10,470 nt of DNA. Origin: Deltaproteobacteria bacterium TL4 (GTDB taxonomy: Bacteria > SAR324 > NAC60-12). Below, in pieces: positions 7,101 through 10,470 of the stretch (positions are counted from its first letter, which is position 1; each line of letters begins with the position of its first letter). The DNA lies in NCBI GenBank assembly GCA_051382335.1, contig JBBCAX010000260.1, positions 1 to 10,470 on the forward strand. The letters are read 5' to 3'. The notes below the pieces were generated by a model. It made no database searches, was not told the origin of the DNA, and worked only from the letters and a program-made list of their open reading frames with translations. The position numbers were made by a program, and so were the translations under genes.

Positions 7101-8234
7101 GCGTTGGAGCTGATTGAAAAGGATCCTGATTTCGATTTGATATTACTGGATGTGATGATGCCGCGAATGACAGGCTATGAAGTGTGTTCCCGTCTGAGAA
7201 AGCAATACGCTACCTACGAACTGCCCGTCTTGCTCTTAACCGCTAAAAATCAAACGGTGGATGTGATAGAAGGCTTTAACGCCGGAGCGAATGATTATTT
7301 GACCAAACCCTTTTCTAAACAAGAATTGCTGGCACGAATCAAAATTCATCTCGAGCTGTCAAAAACAAACCTGGCTTATGGACGTTTTGTGCCGATGGAA
7401 TTTTTACAACTCTTGGGCAAACGTAGCATCGTCGATGTCAATCTGGGAGACCAGGTTCAAAAAAATATGTCCATTCTCTTTTCTGACATCCGTTCTTTTA
7501 CTTCCCTGTCAGAACAAATGACTCCTGCGGAAAATTTCCAGTTTATCAACGAATATCTTAGCTACATGGAACCCATTGTCATCCAGCATCGGGGTTTCGT
7601 GGATAAGTATATTGGTGACGCGATTATGGCGCTGTTTGACCATAACGCCGATGACGCGGTCAAGGCTTCGGTGGATATGCTGAAAGAACTGCAAAACTAC
7701 AATAACCACAGAAACCTTCTGGGAAAACCTTCAATCCAGATAGGAATCGGAATCAACACGGGGTCACTGATGTTGGGGACGATTGGAGGAAATAACCGTA
7801 TGGACGGAACCGTTATTAGTGACGCGGTTAATTTGGCCTCACGCATCGAAGGGATGACCAAAAATTATGGAGCCTCCATTCTGATCAGTGAATACACCTT
7901 CTATCAACTTAAAGCGCCTCACACCTTTTCCACACGGATTGTTGACCGTGTGCAAGTCAAAGGCAAGAAAGATCCCGTGAGCGTGTTTGAAATTCTGGAT
8001 GGCGAACCGCCACACCAAAGAGAGTTAAAAAAAGCAACAGCTTCGGTGTTCGAACAAGGGCTTGCGCTCTATCACCTGCAAGAGTTTGATGCCGCAAAAT
8101 CCCTTTTTGTGGGCTGTCAGCATAAAAATCCTGATGATCGAGCGCTGCAACTTTACATCCAGCGGTGTGAGCAATATGCGACGAGGAACCCCCATGAACC
8201 TTGGGATGGCATTACCCGTCTGGATAGTAAATAA
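4119..8234 (+). CDS. Membrane hybrid sensor: signal peptide, pentapeptide-repeat ectodomain, 7TM, HisKA/HATPase_c, REC and class III adenylate cyclase (1371 aa)
   Basis: GAGGAG RBS at 4107-4112. Signal peptide aa 1-25; CEAC cap; 5-aa periodicity aa 43-367; seven hydrophobic segments aa ~407-617. Kinase: H-box FLANTSHELRTPL (His664), N-box NAIKFT, G1 DTGIG, G2 GGTGLGL. REC: VDD, Asp1011 (LLDVMMP), TA, KP. Cyclase: FSDIRSFT, DKYIGDAIM, TVISDAVNLASRIE. Confidence 0.95.
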   Translation: MKTILDRLKWSFILLLLFQPHASVAFNPMHLEQLRQTGSCEACDLSGFEFRRAELQGVQLRRTDLRKARFTHANLEGADFEGADLSGTELKGANLKRANLAHTNLNGVNLSGANLEEARLNAASLKKTLLHAANLRWAQLENADMQGAELEAADIQNANFQGSNLSKSKWRGLSTYHANLSHVNFSEATLVETSFERVNLSETAWSHAEIRWSHFDQVDLTGSNFSKASIKYSSLTDSQLNQTRFNKTQMIRVDLEGSSLINADFEEATLQRINFKGTTLSQSNFQRALIQNSAFQGAILKQANFKETRLDDSDFQSALLPQASFQKARLSWINLRKTDLRKVDFYQAQLKSVQFQGSRLEEARWIDGGNTNQLQKEVFLPRLLELMKDGISLILTPLSRGLIDDPFRFLMGVFFVIAGLYLTRVIRRRKSQNTLRHIGWVIASIGVTLITTTPTVGHLFEFPVIFEFLGMASLCFIFGSCCSLIDQVFGATSHQKLLKVWWVYLGGVVFFFMLLLVFSSIYPQSPVIQYGIAFPGLVLLGVMSLIFLFVPIKTIIQGIISGNPDARILFYFALVAILHSLPFMLSHFNVISFPQWVSNVALLGLVLFLSSFGVIALRRYIEVHRRLECHSMELEEKNDQLNHKNDELSHANRLKDEFLANTSHELRTPLNGIIGIGESMMEGATGPLTEVQIVNLAMITASGRRLTHLVNDLLDFSKLKHRKIELSLKPVGIREVTEVVMLLSKPLIGTKNLKLINAVGSELPPVDADENRLQQIMQNMIANAIKFTDQGTVTVSAEIIEPYLKIEVTDTGIGIPKGQLNRIFESFEQGDGSTSRKYGGTGLGLSITKQLVELHGGNIRVISEEGQGSTFLITLPLSKEPLHKEGCVLDTILSKLKALHPANSFEDSSKKKDPALIEAPPQLTLQTELPPELKSTLVPSTVQSRFQGSLALPQESSKKIKILIVDDEPVNLQVLINYLSLHHYTITQANDGLKALELIEKDPDFDLILLDVMMPRMTGYEVCSRLRKQYATYELPVLLLTAKNQTVDVIEGFNAGANDYLTKPFSKQELLARIKIHLELSKTNLAYGRFVPMEFLQLLGKRSIVDVNLGDQVQKNMSILFSDIRSFTSLSEQMTPAENFQFINEYLSYMEPIVIQHRGFVDKYIGDAIMALFDHNADDAVKASVDMLKELQNYNNHRNLLGKPSIQIGIGINTGSLMLGTIGGNNRMDGTVISDAVNLASRIEGMTKNYGASILISEYTFYQLKAPHTFSTRIVDRVQVKGKKDPVSVFEILDGEPPHQRELKKATASVFEQGLALYHLQEFDAAKSLFVGCQHKNPDDRALQLYIQRCEQYATRNPHEPWDGITRLDSK

Positions 8235-8253
8235 CGTGAGTTCGGGATAAGCG

Positions 8254-8343
8254 GTAGGGTGTGTTAGGCGAAGCCGTAACGCACCAGCACATGACAAAAA
8301 TCCTGCTTTTTGGTGCGTTACGCCTGCGACTAACACACCCTAC
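8254..8343. repeat. Inverted doublet of GTAG-type REP palindromes (family 4) between convergent genes; may act as terminator or mRNA stabiliser
   Basis: 8254-8286 reads GTAGGGTGTGTTAGGCGAAGCCGTAACGCACCA. The reverse complement of 8311-8343 reads GTAGGGTGTGTTAGTCGCAGGCGTAACGCACCA. Each has a GGTGTGTTA/TAACGCACC stem. Confidence 0.9.
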
Positions 8344-8393
8344 TTTGCTGGAAAACCTGCAAAATAGTAAGGCCCAGGGTGCCCCCCTGCCGC

Positions 8394-10217
8394 CTATCGC
8401 ATATTTCCCAACTTGGTTTGAAAGAGCATCTTGATCATTTCCAGATTACCGGATTCATTAGCAAAGTCGAAGACGGTTTTTCCCGTGTTGGTGTTGAGAT
8501 CCAAAGAAGCCTTGTTGGAAAGGAGTAAGCCAGCCAAAGAGACATGTCCTTTTCGTACAGCAAACATCAGGGGCGTCATGCCTAAATGATTTTGGAGATT
8601 AAGCTTTGCCTTTTGTGTGATTAAGAACCAGGTCGCTTTGAGGTGGCCTTGATCTACAGCCCACATGATAGCGGTCCAGCCTTCAGGATTGGTTCTATTG
8701 ACATCGGCTTGAGCCTCTATCAATAAACGGAGTATGTCCGATTCTCCACGATATGCCGCCCACATCAAAGGCGTCATCATTGTGTTTGAGGCCGTGATAT
8801 TTGGGTCGGCCTTCAACTGAAGCAGTTTTTCAATGAGCTCCTTTTGTCCAGAAAATGCGGCACGAATCAGTAACGTTTCTCCATGATCGTCCAATTGATT
8901 GATATTAACCCCTTTTTGGATTAGGGATTGAAGCAGAAGCAGATCCCCCTTTTGAAGCGTTTCTTGAAATATTAACTGCCGTTCCGGTTCCGCAAAAGCC
9001 TTTATTGACTCGGACTCTACAAAATGGGTTAGTTCCCCCTCATTCCCTTTTTGAAGGAGTTGGATAACGCTCTCGGAGGTGTAGCCTTTTTGATGATCCA
9101 AATCAGATCCTATTTTTTTAATCTCGGGGGTTCCCTTCCGCTGAATCCCTTTGAAGGTTTGTTGCCAATAAGCACTTCCTGTATCAATAAAGGCCCCTTG
9201 CGCGAGTAAATAATGGACCATTGCGAGGTGATTGTGCTTCAATGCCAAAATAATCGCATTTTCTCCCAGAGATGTTTGGACATGAAGGTTTTCATTTTTT
9301 TCCAACAACAATTTTGCCAACTCAACCTCTCCCTTTACGGCAGCATACATTAAGGGGGTCCTACCCGCTGAATCTGCAACCCCCATATCAATATTTTGTT
9401 TTATAAGAAATCTGGCAATGTCCGCTTGTTGGGATAACAGGGCCAGCAAAAGTAAGGAGGTGTCCTCTCCATGTTTTTTATGTAAGGGAATTCCCAAAAC
9501 AAACGCCCGTTCAATATAAGCGAGATCTCCTAAAACCACAGCATGGGGGAGTTGTTGAGAAATCCACCACTTTCCCCCCAGAAACACAATACCACACAAG
9601 AGAACTCCAAACAGGAAAATTCCCAAACGAAGTGGAACCGAATGCTGTTTGAAACAAGCCCTGAAATAACTGAAAGTTATTGGAAGTTTTAGCTTTAAAG
9701 CGGAGAGATGACTGTCTGTCGATTTATTAGAACGGCTTGAATCCGAAGAGAAGGGTTCTTCCTCTGATAGAGCGGCGATGTCTGGAGTTTCTCTGGTTGA
9801 AATACCGCTAAAAAAACCCTTCTGCGGATCCTTCTGGCTTTGGGAATCTTGAGCAATTTCTGCTTTCAAGCCTTCAAAAGCCTCCCTCAAGGAAGGATAC
9901 CGGGTACAATGTAAAAAAAGAGTTTTAACAACCTCGGGTTTCAAATGTTCTGCAGCCGTTACGAAAACACGGGCTTGACGTACTTGAAAATAAAGAATCA
10001 ACTGTTGCAAAAAATCACAGGTATCCTGAGCAAAGGTATGGACCTTTTGAACATCGATGAACACATGCTTCACTGGATTGACATTATATTCTTTTTGTAA
10101 CCGTGATAAGGCTGAGGTGACATGGCCCTGCACTTTTTCATCATGAATACGAAAAATTAATAGGGCATCATGATGCCCTCGTGTAATTCGATTTAACAAC
10201 GACTCTCCTCCCTGCAT
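8394..10217 (-). CDS. Membrane-anchored ankyrin-repeat protein with N-terminal STAS-like domain; true start probably TTG at 10199
   Basis: About 10-11 ankyrin repeats in two blocks (GRTPLMYAA, GETLLIRAA, MTPLMWAA, GWTAIMWAV, GMTPLMFAV, GKTVFDFA). One TM helix at aa ~198-215. The N-terminal region has the pattern VFIDVQKV...RVFV...YPSLREAF. GGAGG at 10211-10207 sits 7 nt before an in-frame TTG. Confidence 0.88.
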   Translation of the reverse strand: MQGGESLLNRITRGHHDALLIFRIHDEKVQGHVTSALSRLQKEYNVNPVKHVFIDVQKVHTFAQDTCDFLQQLILYFQVRQARVFVTAAEHLKPEVVKTLFLHCTRYPSLREAFEGLKAEIAQDSQSQKDPQKGFFSGISTRETPDIAALSEEEPFSSDSSRSNKSTDSHLSALKLKLPITFSYFRACFKQHSVPLRLGIFLFGVLLCGIVFLGGKWWISQQLPHAVVLGDLAYIERAFVLGIPLHKKHGEDTSLLLLALLSQQADIARFLIKQNIDMGVADSAGRTPLMYAAVKGEVELAKLLLEKNENLHVQTSLGENAIILALKHNHLAMVHYLLAQGAFIDTGSAYWQQTFKGIQRKGTPEIKKIGSDLDHQKGYTSESVIQLLQKGNEGELTHFVESESIKAFAEPERQLIFQETLQKGDLLLLQSLIQKGVNINQLDDHGETLLIRAAFSGQKELIEKLLQLKADPNITASNTMMTPLMWAAYRGESDILRLLIEAQADVNRTNPEGWTAIMWAVDQGHLKATWFLITQKAKLNLQNHLGMTPLMFAVRKGHVSLAGLLLSNKASLDLNTNTGKTVFDFANESGNLEMIKMLFQTKLGNMR

Positions 10218-10270
10218 TCAATGTCAGCTAATATTTGTCCCTATAACGTCTGCAAAAGCTGGTCCTAAAT

Positions 10271-10470
10271 TCAGGTTCTTACGCGCTTTTGGTGAAAGCC
10301 TGATATACTCAGTTTCAACCTTCTCAACAATTCTCCCTTTCGTTTTCCTCCCAATGACTCTCCAAATCCTTCCACAAATTTTTTACTTCCAATCGCGATA
10401 GCTTGACTCCAACGTTCTTGTCGTTTTAAGGGTTGAATTTCAAGGGTTCGTTCCACTAAAACCCGATGGG
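10271..10470 (-). mobile_element. C-terminal portion of a probable RAYT/IS200-like (Y1, HUH) transposase gene; 5' part lies outside the window
   Basis: The frame stays open to the window edge: HRVLVERTLEIQPLKRQERWSQAIAIGSKKFVEGFGESLG. The R-x-x-x-W-[ST]-x-[SA]-x-A-[VI]-G-S-x-x-F-V-E pattern is one I recall from the C-termini of RAYT-type Y1 transposases. The catalytic HUH/Tyr is not visible. Confidence 0.6.

Noticed and set aside
1144..8336. Short overlapping ORFs (1144-1338, 2052-2273, 2606-2947, 2854-3042, 3278-3490, 4656-4865, 5618-5812, 6239-6481, 6572-6868, 7509-7709, 8025-8336, 8062-8250)
   Set aside because: Antisense or off-frame shadows of well-supported genes with no motifs. The MNM repeats in 2606-2947 are the antisense reading of His codons.
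8341..8366. Hairpin TTTGCTGG-AAAA-CCTGCAAA as intrinsic terminator
   Set aside because: Stem is mismatched and weak with no clear U-tract. The adjacent REP doublet is the more likely structure.
10240..10252. attC/attI-like core (GACGTTATAG on the - strand) upstream of the ankyrin gene
   Set aside because: No matching inverse core or attC hairpin after the gene's stop, and no integrase in view.

Overview
Bacterial signalling locus with many small repeat elements. The protein style suggests a SAR324/Deltaproteobacteria-like genome, which is an inference only. Bases 1-914 are non-coding and hold TIR-bounded miniature elements carrying REP-type palindrome doublets; the clearest is a 232-bp MITE at 675-906 with perfect 16-bp TIRs and an 8-bp target duplication. 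Four + strand genes follow: (1) a cNMP-binding protein with no HTH, ending in a CheZ-like tail (VDDLLSSLGL); (2) a His-rich UreH/SodT-type Ni/Co permease; (3) an SDR oxidoreductase; (4) a 1371-aa hybrid sensor made of signal peptide, 65 pentapeptide repeats, 7TM, His kinase, REC and class III adenylate cyclase. After a GTAG REP doublet, the - strand carries a STAS-like/TM/ankyrin protein and the C-terminal end of a probable RAYT/Y1 transposase that runs off the window. The best candidate for a new system is a cAMP/phosphorelay circuit pairing the pentapeptide-ectodomain kinase-cyclase with the cNMP sensor carrying a receiver-docking tail. All family calls come from reading motifs by eye; no database searches were run.
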